A stretch of DNA of 64,000 nt from Alkalispirochaeta sp. (lineage in GTDB: Bacteria; Spirochaetota; Spirochaetia; DSM-27196; Alkalispirochaetaceae), in contig CBDESZ010000031.1 in the NCBI GenBank assembly GCA_965242725.1, positions 32,001 through 96,000 of the forward strand, written 5' to 3'. The notes under the pieces are model-generated. The model had not been told where the DNA came from. It ran no database searches and saw nothing but the letters and a program-made list of their open reading frames with translations. Both the position numbers and the translations under genes were made by a program. Below, one piece after another: positions 1-8,161 of this stretch (positions within the stretch are counted from its first letter, which is position 1; the number at the start of each line of letters is the position of its first letter).

Positions 1-710
1 TGGATGCGGGTGTTCAGGTGGTGCACGATAAGACGGGGAACGGTGAGGGTATACCGGGCGGTGACGTTGCGGTCTGAGTCCTGAGCGTAGAGCGCGAGCT
101 TCCGTCGCGGAGCTTCCGCTCCCTCTTCTTCATAGACCGCACCGAATACGGTGATATCCTCGTCCACGGTTACGTCTCCCTCAAAGATGACGATCCAAGA
201 GCCGTCGGCGCCGACCGCTTCCTGAAGGGTGGCCGCGTTGGTGGCGGTTGTCTGGGTGGGCCGTGAGACGGCGTCGGTGGCGATTCTGATTTCACCCATG
301 ACGGTGGAATCATCGCTGATCGATGCGCTGTCGCGGAGCGCCTCACTGGCAAAGTAGAGGTTGCCGTTGATGGTGCCGCCGCTTGTGAGTTCAAAACCTT
401 CCGCGTTGACAATCACGTCGCCCGCTACCTCTCCTGCCTGAATACGCGTGTTGACGTGGTCAACGACGAGGCGGGGTACGGTGAGGGTGTGCCGGGCGGT
501 AACGTTGCGATCTGCGTCCTGTTCATAGAGAGCGAGTTTCCGTCGCGGAGCTTCCGCGCCTTCCTCTTCATAAACCTCTCCGGAGACGACCACCTCGGTG
601 TCGACGGTCAGGTCATCGAGGAAAATAACGATCCACGATCCGTCCGGTCCAAGCGCTTCCTGCACGTTGGATGCCGTCGCGGTCATTTGGGTGGGACCGG
701 TCATTGCGTC
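1..710. repeat. Intragenic direct repeat, ~438-bp period
   Basis: GGTGAGGGT...CCGGGCGGT.ACGTTGCG...TTCCGTCGCGGAGCTTCCGC occurs from ~42 and again from ~480. Confidence 0.85.
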
Positions 711-842
711 CGCTGATTCGCTTTCAGCCTGCGCACTCGTTGCGCCGCTGTCCTGCTCCTGTGTAGCTTCCTCGCCTCCGCAAGCGACAAGAAACAACGC
801 AACCAATACAACCATTGATGTCATGGCGATTTTTCGTAACAT
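1..842 (-). CDS. Lipoprotein with tandem ~146-aa repeated domain (partial, runs off left end; absent from ORF track)
   Basis: Manual translation MLRKIAMTSMVVLVALFLVAC-GGEE...; lipobox Cys; SD AAGGAG upstream; duplicated domain DGSWIVIF...RRKLALY.QD.DRNVTAR.TLTVPRL...NTRI. Confidence 0.85.
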   Translation of the reverse strand, partial: MLRKIAMTSMVVLVALFLVACGGEEATQEQDSGATSAQAESESADAMTGPTQMTATASNVQEALGPDGSWIVIFLDDLTVDTEVVVSGEVYEEEGAEAPRRKLALYEQDADRNVTARHTLTVPRLVVDHVNTRIQAGEVAGDVIVNAEGFELTSGGTINGNLYFASEALRDSASISDDSTVMGEIRIATDAVSRPTQTTATNAATLQEAVGADGSWIVIFEGDVTVDEDITVFGAVYEEEGAEAPRRKLALYAQDSDRNVTARYTLTVPRLIVHHLNTRI

Positions 843-964
843 AGTGACTCCTTTTTGTGTCAATAAATACGCTGGGTAGTATACCCGTTTTTATTTCTTT
901 TGTTAATGCGAAATATAATAACAAAAGTGGTATTTAAAACCCAGTAAAATTGACGAAAAGGGTG

Positions 965-1711
965 TCATTCGGCATATATCATTTTCCGTGTCATGCCGCC
1001 GTCGATAATGAAGTTGGCACCGGTGATGAATCCATTGCCGGGGTCGGTAAGAAAGAGACAGGTCGACGCGATGTCTTCCGGACGCCCCACGCGGCCCGCC
1101 CAGTGCTGTCCGTGATCCTCGGCACGCAACGCGTCGTAGTCACCGGTCTCTATCCACCCGGGGCTGATGCAGTTTACCCGTATGAGACGGTCCCCGTAGG
1201 ATGCGGCCAGCGCGTGGGTGAGTGCGATGATACCTCCCTTTGAGGCGGCGTACGCTTCCGAGTGTGGCTCCGACATGAGGGCTCTGGTGGAGGCGATATT
1301 CACGATAGCTCCGCGGTTTCCATTGGTACGTCGGGGGTCGTTCATCTTCATGACCGCCGCAGCGGCGCGGGAAAAGAGAAACGTGCCGCGAAGGTTTGTT
1401 TCAAGGACGGCTGTCCATTCATCGATGGTGAGCTCGTCCGGGTCTTTCCAGATGCCGAAACCGGCGTTGTTCACCAGGCTGTCTATACGTCCCCACCGCT
1501 CGACGATTGTCCTGACGGCGTCGTCTATATCGGCGGGACTGCGTACATCGCACGTTATCCGAAGAGTCCGGACGTCTCGTTTATCCTCGTCCGTCCAATC
1601 CCGGTCAACCTCCGCAACGAGGGCGCCTGCTTCACGGTACCCGCCCGCGATCGCCCTGCCGATTCCACTGGCCGCGCCGGTGACAATGACGACACTATCG
1701 GTTTTGTTCAT
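965..1711 (-). CDS. SDR family oxidoreductase
   Basis: TGAASGIG, NNAG and YAASK motifs; start taken as MNKTDS. Confidence 0.9.
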   Translation of the reverse strand: MNKTDSVVIVTGAASGIGRAIAGGYREAGALVAEVDRDWTDEDKRDVRTLRITCDVRSPADIDDAVRTIVERWGRIDSLVNNAGFGIWKDPDELTIDEWTAVLETNLRGTFLFSRAAAAVMKMNDPRRTNGNRGAIVNIASTRALMSEPHSEAYAASKGGIIALTHALAASYGDRLIRVNCISPGWIETGDYDALRAEDHGQHWAGRVGRPEDIASTCLFLTDPGNGFITGANFIIDGGMTRKMIYAE

Positions 1712-1733
1712 GCCCGTATGGTACCCTATACCC

Positions 1734-2408
1734 ATGATACCTTCCATCTCGGCAGACGCGATCAGGGACTATCGCTTCCTTCTGGACAGAGGATATCCTG
1801 AACGGGGCAGTGTCGCCCTCGTGGGAGACCGATTCCGCCTGTCCCGGGAGGAACGGGCAATGCTTTTCCGCGGGGTATCGCCGACACACAAAGCGTCGGA
1901 ACGGCGAAGGCGACTCATTGAGATTGAAATGGTCGGAGAGGCGGATGTGCTCTGCGTGGACGGTCACAACGTGCTCCTCACGGTGGCTAACTACATCCGG
2001 GGGACGGCGGTCTTTGAGACCGACGACGGCGTCCTGCGGGATATCGGCGGAGTACACGGACGCCTTCACGATGAGGCGCTCATGGACAGGTCAATCGATC
2101 TGCTTGCGCACACCCTTGCGGCGCTGGAAACACGCCGGATCGTGGTCTGCTTTGACGAACCCCTTTCCCACAGTCGGCGCCACATGTCCCGTCTCTCCGA
2201 GGAGGTGGAACAGCGCGGACCGTCGGGACGGAACGTTGCCTTTCGCATCGGCCCTTCCGCGGACGAGCTCGTCATCGCCGCGGAGCCGTCGGTTGTGGCG
2301 ACCTCCGACTCGGCACTCATGGACAGGACCTCCGCGGCGGTGTGTGATATTGCGCGGCGGATCATTGAAGAGAACTTTTCTCCCCGATTTGGCCCCTTGC
2401 CGGGGTGA
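1734..2408 (+). CDS. DUF434 domain protein (PIN/NYN-like C-terminal domain)
   Basis: DYRFLLDRGYP...LVGDRFRL..EER N-terminus; VDGHNVL, DDGVLRDI and VVATSDS motifs. Confidence 0.75.
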   Translation: MIPSISADAIRDYRFLLDRGYPERGSVALVGDRFRLSREERAMLFRGVSPTHKASERRRRLIEIEMVGEADVLCVDGHNVLLTVANYIRGTAVFETDDGVLRDIGGVHGRLHDEALMDRSIDLLAHTLAALETRRIVVCFDEPLSHSRRHMSRLSEEVEQRGPSGRNVAFRIGPSADELVIAAEPSVVATSDSALMDRTSAAVCDIARRIIEENFSPRFGPLPG

Positions 2409-2532
2409 CCCGCTGCGCGGTTGTGCCGCCCACTGTGACGCCGGCGTTCGATTAAAAAGAAAAAGAATGAACAGCCCCTGTATCCACAGGCCTGTTGCGT
2501 TAGGTGTCCGAAGAGCGTAGGCTGAGGGTGAT

Positions 2533-4110
2533 ATGGCGTTGTTTGGAAAGCGTAAGCTCACCGGCGGACCGCCTGCCGGTGATTATGAGGAATACCGGCA
2601 GACCGTCATGAAACTTACCGCCCCGGTCATCGGGCTGTGTGAGTTTGCCCTGCGGTCACAGAAAAACGCGGCTTTTCCCTGTCGTGATTTTCTCAGTATG
2701 TTGCATCGCGAGTCGTCACGATTGCAGGAGCTCATTGACGGACATGGGGCGCAAACCAATGAGCAGTGGTTCCCTTTTCGGGAGTCCATTGCGGCGGCGA
2801 AGAACTTTTCACTTGTCACCTACGATATTCTGCACATTCGAAACTCCATCGAGCGGTACCGCCTCCTTGATCTTCAGGATGAATTTCGCCGGCGGACCGA
2901 CGACGTGATTGCGGCGATGAAGGATGGGCTCATTACGGTTGCCGGGGGGATTATCAGTCAGAGCAGGGAGTGCGGTGTTTATCCCGAGGAGGTTCCCGAC
3001 GATTTTAAGCCGTGTGAGACGGAACCCTTTCTTTTCCGGTTGCCCGTCGACCGGGCGGTACGGCACGTTGATAGAATCGGTGATCAGGTCGTCTATCTGG
3101 CGACGCAGTTTCTGAATCTGTCTGAAGACACCGATGTGAAGGACGTTCTCACGGAACGGTCGGTTGAGTCCTACGATGAGTGCATTCCCCATCCCATCAG
3201 TGAGGAACGGATGCGACTGGTGAAAGCACGTTTTCACAATCTTCAGTCTCTCTACGACACATATATTTTTGAGTCCGATCTGGAACAACAGAACGAGAAG
3301 CTCCGGTATCTACGCGGCCATATAAGCATCATTTACCATTTGCTCGCGGTAGGTACCGATCTGGTTCACTATTTTATCCGGCATATGAGCGCTCTCCGGC
3401 GAGACACCTATCAGGAGACGCGTTTTCCCATACAGCCCGGTCGTCTGCGGGACCTCGTCTTTGAGTATCCCCTGCAGTACGCCCGGGAATTCATGGAGTC
3501 CGCGGTTCATCTCTGCCAGGGGATGATCCAGATGTACACGGAGTCCGCAACCATCGAGGTGTCGATACCCAATTACCGCGGATTTCACGTGCGTCCGTCG
3601 ACGCTGGTTGCCCGCATTGTTCTGCATTACGGGAGCGCCGTCACGATGCATATGGGCGACGAAAGCTACGACGCATCCTCTCCGCTGGAGCTTTTCCGGG
3701 CGAACGAGGCGATAAATGCGACCAAGCGGCGTCACATCGGCGAGATGCTGAGTAAGCGCCCGGAGTTGCAGGTCCCTCTTCCGGATTCACAGGAGGAGAT
3801 GGTGCGGGAACTGCAGCTGTTGTTTGTGCAGCTGATGAACGAGGGGAAGATCGTTCTCTACGATACCAACCTCGCCTTTGACGACCTCAAGCGGGAAAAC
3901 GATTCTACAATCGCCGACATCGCCGCCCGCTACGTCCGCCATTTCATGTCGCTGGCCAAGATGGATATTCAGAGCAATATTACCGTCCGGTTTGAGGGCG
4001 ACAGCAGGGCGCTGAAGGACCTGGAGCTCCTGGCAAATAACGGATACGGCGAGGACCGTATGGGCAACAACACGGTTCTTCCCGACGAGCTGTCCTATTT
4101 GTCGCGGTGA
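2533..4110 (+). CDS. Large HPr-family phosphocarrier domain protein
   Basis: GFHVRPSTLV (His15 motif) and YDASSPLEL (Ser46 region) follow a ~335-aa helical N-terminal domain. Confidence 0.8.
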   Translation: MALFGKRKLTGGPPAGDYEEYRQTVMKLTAPVIGLCEFALRSQKNAAFPCRDFLSMLHRESSRLQELIDGHGAQTNEQWFPFRESIAAAKNFSLVTYDILHIRNSIERYRLLDLQDEFRRRTDDVIAAMKDGLITVAGGIISQSRECGVYPEEVPDDFKPCETEPFLFRLPVDRAVRHVDRIGDQVVYLATQFLNLSEDTDVKDVLTERSVESYDECIPHPISEERMRLVKARFHNLQSLYDTYIFESDLEQQNEKLRYLRGHISIIYHLLAVGTDLVHYFIRHMSALRRDTYQETRFPIQPGRLRDLVFEYPLQYAREFMESAVHLCQGMIQMYTESATIEVSIPNYRGFHVRPSTLVARIVLHYGSAVTMHMGDESYDASSPLELFRANEAINATKRRHIGEMLSKRPELQVPLPDSQEEMVRELQLLFVQLMNEGKIVLYDTNLAFDDLKRENDSTIADIAARYVRHFMSLAKMDIQSNITVRFEGDSRALKDLELLANNGYGEDRMGNNTVLPDELSYLSR

Positions 4111-4139
4111 CCGAAGCGCGGGCCGTAGCGGCTGCGGCG

Positions 4140-4265
4140 CGGCCTGCGAGGATGGGGCCCGACGAAAATGAAACGCCGGCGAGGACGGGGCCCGGCGAGG
4201 ATAGAAGGTCGGCGAGGTCGGGGCCGGCGAGGATGGGGCTCGGCGAGAACGAATGGCCGGCGATC
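4140..4265. repeat. Degenerate 15-17-bp tandem repeat (CGGCGAGGAnGGGGC-like) between convergent genes
   Basis: About 7 units beginning with CGGCGA or GCGAGGA. Confidence 0.6.
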
Positions 4266-4282
4266 CCGTCAGGGCATTTCCG

Positions 4283-5155
4283 TCAGGGCACCGAAAAAAC
4301 GGTCCCCGTGACGTTTGCAAAATAGCGATCCGTCCGTGCCGACAGCGCCTTCATTGCCGCATCGCCGGTGCAGTGAGACAGTCCGACCCGCTGCAACCTC
4401 TCATCTGAGAGGTACTCTATCGCCTCTTCAAGGCGCGCACCCTGTGCTTCAATCAGATGAGTTCCCCCCAGTACCGCATGGATCGGCTCGTCAAAACGCG
4501 TTCGAATTGTATCGAGAATGTTCATGATACCCGGATGGGAACATCCGACGAGGACGACGAGGCCCGGGTCCGTTTCCAGGACGATACATTGCTCGTCCCG
4601 GAAGTCGTCGACGGTCGGCGGGGAATTGGAGGAATCGGTGTGGCGATCCCCTTCACCGGCCGTGCCGCCTCGCTCCACGACGAAGCGTGGATTCGCGACT
4701 TCAAGGGGATGGGTCGCCGCAAACCCCGTGACGATGTGGACCCCCGGCGCGAGGGTGGAGCCCGTCCCGGTTGTGAAGGCGAGGGTGCACGGCGCCCGGC
4801 GAGCCCATGCACGGTCCCAGGAAGGGCCGATGTACCGCAGTGTATCGCCGTCGGCCGCGTACTTTCGGTCAAAAAACGCCTCATGTACGTGAAGCGTGAA
4901 TCGATCATGCCGGGGAAGGAGAAAGGGAAGCCCGTTTGTGTGATCGTAGTGGCTATGGCTGAGAACGACGTGGTCTATGGCGGTCAGATCAACGTCGAGG
5001 GCATCGGCGTTGTGCAAAAACCGGTCACTCTGCCCCGTGTCAAAAAGGATGGTGGTGCTGTTGTGCTGAATGTAGAATGATATCCCGTGTTCAGCTTCCA
5101 GCGTCCGCCGGTTGTCCTGATGGTTTTCCACCAGGGTTGTTATGTGGGTTGCCAT
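4283..5155 (-). CDS. MBL-fold metallo-hydrolase
   Basis: EHGIS, FDTG, SHSHYDH, GCSHPG, GGTH and HCTG motifs. Confidence 0.9.
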   Translation of the reverse strand: MATHITTLVENHQDNRRTLEAEHGISFYIQHNSTTILFDTGQSDRFLHNADALDVDLTAIDHVVLSHSHYDHTNGLPFLLPRHDRFTLHVHEAFFDRKYAADGDTLRYIGPSWDRAWARRAPCTLAFTTGTGSTLAPGVHIVTGFAATHPLEVANPRFVVERGGTAGEGDRHTDSSNSPPTVDDFRDEQCIVLETDPGLVVLVGCSHPGIMNILDTIRTRFDEPIHAVLGGTHLIEAQGARLEEAIEYLSDERLQRVGLSHCTGDAAMKALSARTDRYFANVTGTVFSVP

Positions 5156-5175
5156 GCCACTATTATAGTCCGCAG

Positions 5176-6573
5176 TTACGCCTCTTTGTACGCTCCCACC
5201 AGATCTTCCATCACTTTCTTTCCGTCTCCAAAGAGCATGAGCGTGTTATCCGCCGCAAAGAGCGGGTTTGGGATGCCCGCAAATCCGGGGCTGAGACTCC
5301 GCTTGATGACGACCACCGTGCGAGCCTTGTCGACGTTCAGGATCGGCATGCCGCTGATTGGTGAACCCGATGATTCCCTGGCAAGCGGATTGACGACATC
5401 GTTTGCGCCGAGCACGATTACCACATCGGTGTTGGGGAAATCGGGGTTGATCTGATCCATTTCCCGCAGTTTGTCGTAGGATATGTTCTCCTCCGCCAAG
5501 AGGACGTTCATATGCCCCGGCATGCGCCCTGCCACGGGATGAATTCCGAAATCGACGGAAATGCCGTCCGCCTCAAGTTGTTCAGTCAGAGTGCGCACCG
5601 GCGTCTGGGCACGGGCGACTGCCATGCCGTAACCGGGGACAAAACTCACCTTCTGCGCCGTTTTAAGGATCATTGCGACCTCTTCGGGAGAGGTGCTTTT
5701 GACCTTTCCCGCATACATGTCGTCGCCGTCGACCGCCGACTTCTGGACAGCCCCCACGCCGCCGAAGAGCACGTTGGCGAGGGAACGGTTCATGGCCTTG
5801 CACATGATGTTGGTGAGTATTATTCCGCTGGCACCCACCAGGGAGCCGGCTATGATCAGGACCGTATTGTTCAGGACGAAGCCCGTTGCCGCAGCAGCGA
5901 GCCCCGAGTAGGAGTTGAGGAGGGCGATGACGATGGGCATGTCGGCGCCGCCGATGGGCACGACCAGGAGCACTCCCAGGAGCGACGCGATTCCCGCGAG
6001 GATCCAATAGTACTCAGTCATCGCCGGCTGGCGGACGACAAGTACCGCCGCCGCGATGGATGCCGCTGCTACGACGATTTTTACGATCTGTTCACCGGGA
6101 TAACGTACGGGCTTTTCCGTCACGATTCCCTGCAATTTCCCGAAGGCGATGAGGGAGCCAAAAAAGGTCACCCCGCCGATAAGGCCGCTGGCGGCGGTGG
6201 CGACGAGAAATCGAATCGATGCGTCGACGGAGTCGGCGGAGGCGAGGGTCTGATAAAGGACCGCCCCGGCGACGAGGACGCTGGCGACCCCGCCGAAACC
6301 GTTGTAGAGCCCGACAAGCTGCGGCATGGCGGTCATTTTTATGGTGACTGCCAGGACGGCGCCAATGGCGGAGCCCGCGGCGATTCCGACGATGATCATG
6401 ACGGGGTTGAGTATTTCCTGGGCAAGGAGGGTCGCTACGATGGCGACAAGCATGCCCAACGCACCGATGAAATTGCCCCTTACCGCCGATCGCGGATGGG
6501 TGAGACCCTTCAGCCCCGTAATGAAAAGGACTGCGGCGATGAGATAGAGGATGTTAATTGCCGCCTCGTTCAT
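5176..6573 (-). CDS. pntB: NAD(P) transhydrogenase beta subunit
   Basis: IGGADMP, PGYGMAVA, HPVAGRMPGHMNVLLAE, GANDVVNP. Confidence 0.97.
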   Translation of the reverse strand: MNEAAINILYLIAAVLFITGLKGLTHPRSAVRGNFIGALGMLVAIVATLLAQEILNPVMIIVGIAAGSAIGAVLAVTIKMTAMPQLVGLYNGFGGVASVLVAGAVLYQTLASADSVDASIRFLVATAASGLIGGVTFFGSLIAFGKLQGIVTEKPVRYPGEQIVKIVVAAASIAAAVLVVRQPAMTEYYWILAGIASLLGVLLVVPIGGADMPIVIALLNSYSGLAAAATGFVLNNTVLIIAGSLVGASGIILTNIMCKAMNRSLANVLFGGVGAVQKSAVDGDDMYAGKVKSTSPEEVAMILKTAQKVSFVPGYGMAVARAQTPVRTLTEQLEADGISVDFGIHPVAGRMPGHMNVLLAEENISYDKLREMDQINPDFPNTDVVIVLGANDVVNPLARESSGSPISGMPILNVDKARTVVVIKRSLSPGFAGIPNPLFAADNTLMLFGDGKKVMEDLVGAYKEA

Positions 6574-6854
6574 GATTCACCTCGCTTCCTGAACTTGCTC
6601 AACATGCGGTGCGTGACGAGAAATCCGCCGACTACATTGATTGTGGCAAAGATAAGTGCCGCCAATCCGAGCCAAACGGTCATACTCTGATGCCCCGTGC
6701 CCGCCGCGACGAGCGCTCCGATGATTGTGATTCCGGATATCGCGTTTGATCCGGACATGAGGGGGGTGTGCAATATGGGAGGCACCTTGGTTATGACTTC
6801 AAAACCGACAAAGATCGCCAACACAAAGATGGTAATGATCGTGACGAAATCCAT
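6570..6854 (-). CDS. pntAb: NAD(P) transhydrogenase alpha subunit, membrane part
   Basis: LHTPLMSGSNAISG; overlaps the pntB start. Confidence 0.95.
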   Translation of the reverse strand: MDFVTIITIFVLAIFVGFEVITKVPPILHTPLMSGSNAISGITIIGALVAAGTGHQSMTVWLGLAALIFATINVVGGFLVTHRMLSKFRKRGES

Positions 6855-7984
6855 TAACTCTCCTCCTTTGTCGTCGCCGTGGAGACGAGCGTCGCTGCGA
6901 CAATTTCATCCTCTTCATTGATAGCAATTGAACCGTCCTGGACGATGGATTCAAGAAAAGAGGTTATATTCCTGCTGTACAACTGGCTTGCGTGGTGGGC
7001 TACGCCGGCAGGAACGTTGACCGGTCCGAGAATGGTGACGTCTCCCTCGGATACGCGTTCGTCCGGCCTGGTAAGCGCGCAGTTGCCGCCGCGTTCCGCG
7101 GCGAGGTCTACAACGACGGACCCGGGGTGCATGGCGTGTACCATCTCCTCGGTGATGAGAATCGGCGCCTTTTTTCCCGGAATGGCGGCGGTGGTGATGA
7201 CGACGTCGCTTTCCGCCACAACCTCAAGCATCTTTTCCCGCTGTTTTCGGTAGAACTCCTCGTCCATTTCCTTTGCGTAGCCGCCTGACGATTCCGTCTG
7301 TGACGTGGAGAGGTCCAGTTCTATGAATCGCGCACCGAGGCTCTGAACCTGTTCCTTGACGGCGGGCCTGATATCATAGGCACTGACGACGGCACCAAGT
7401 CGTCTGGCCGTGGCGATCGCCTGAAGACCTGCAACACCGACGCCGACGACGAAGACACGTGCCGGTACGATCGTTCCCGCCGCGGTCATCATCATGGGAA
7501 ATATCTTGGGCAGTTCCAGGGCGCCCAGAAGAACGGCGCGATACCCCGCAAGGTTTGCCTGGGAAGAGAGAACATCCATACTCTGGGCCCGGGTGATTCG
7601 CGGAAGTTTTTCCAGGGCAAAAGCGCGATAGCCGCCGGACGCAACGGCGTCAAAAGCCGGGTGGTTCTCATATGGATTGAGCTGACCGATGATCGTTGCT
7701 CCGGCGGGGAGGGGTGATAGATCACCGTCGCCGCCGAACCCTCCGGCAGCGCACGCGCGGACGGTGAGCAGAACGTCCGCCTTTGACAGCGCCTCCTCGC
7801 GGTCGACGATATGCCCCCCTTTTTCGGAATACTCATCGTCGGGATACCCCGCCGTTTTTCCCGCTCCCCGTTCAATATACACGGCGACGGAGGGTGAAAT
7901 CTTTTTCAACGTCTGAATGTGAGCGGGAACGAGGGCAACTCGCGTCTCTCCGGGGGCTTGTTCCCGTACAACTGCGATATTCAT
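6854..7984 (-). CDS. pntAa: NAD(P) transhydrogenase alpha subunit, domain I
   Basis: PRITRAQSMDVLSS, GVGVAGLQAI, DLAAERGGN; GGAGG SD favours a start at 7984. Confidence 0.95.
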   Translation of the reverse strand: MNIAVVREQAPGETRVALVPAHIQTLKKISPSVAVYIERGAGKTAGYPDDEYSEKGGHIVDREEALSKADVLLTVRACAAGGFGGDGDLSPLPAGATIIGQLNPYENHPAFDAVASGGYRAFALEKLPRITRAQSMDVLSSQANLAGYRAVLLGALELPKIFPMMMTAAGTIVPARVFVVGVGVAGLQAIATARRLGAVVSAYDIRPAVKEQVQSLGARFIELDLSTSQTESSGGYAKEMDEEFYRKQREKMLEVVAESDVVITTAAIPGKKAPILITEEMVHAMHPGSVVVDLAAERGGNCALTRPDERVSEGDVTILGPVNVPAGVAHHASQLYSRNITSFLESIVQDGSIAINEEDEIVAATLVSTATTKEES

Positions 7985-8161
7985 GTCCACCTCCTTGAGA
8001 GTCGTCCTATTACGAACCTAAAAAGTATGCAATTCCCGATACCAATTCAAGTTTCGTCACATAGGCGGGGCGCGGGAGGCGGTTATTCCTTGCTTTCCGG
8101 ACTATTCACGATTATCATCTATTTATCGGTCATGGACCGACAAACAGATGATGGAGAGAGT

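Noticed and set aside
1218..1733. Long N-terminal extension of the DUF434 ORF (396 aa)
   Set aside because: It is antisense to the SDR gene; recognisable sequence starts at 1734
4107..4325. 72-aa ORF over the repeat tract, or a mini-CRISPR
   Set aside because: Translation merely reflects the DNA repeat; units are degenerate with no spacers and no cas genes nearby
5512..6690. Long antisense ORFs (also 31158..32579, 32634..33752, 38477..39616 and others)
   Set aside because: Shadow frames of well-supported genes, expected in GC-rich DNA; no protein motifs
6570..7984. Split pntA as a possible frameshift
   Set aside because: The two-gene alpha subunit is a well-known natural arrangement, and pntAb has its own SD
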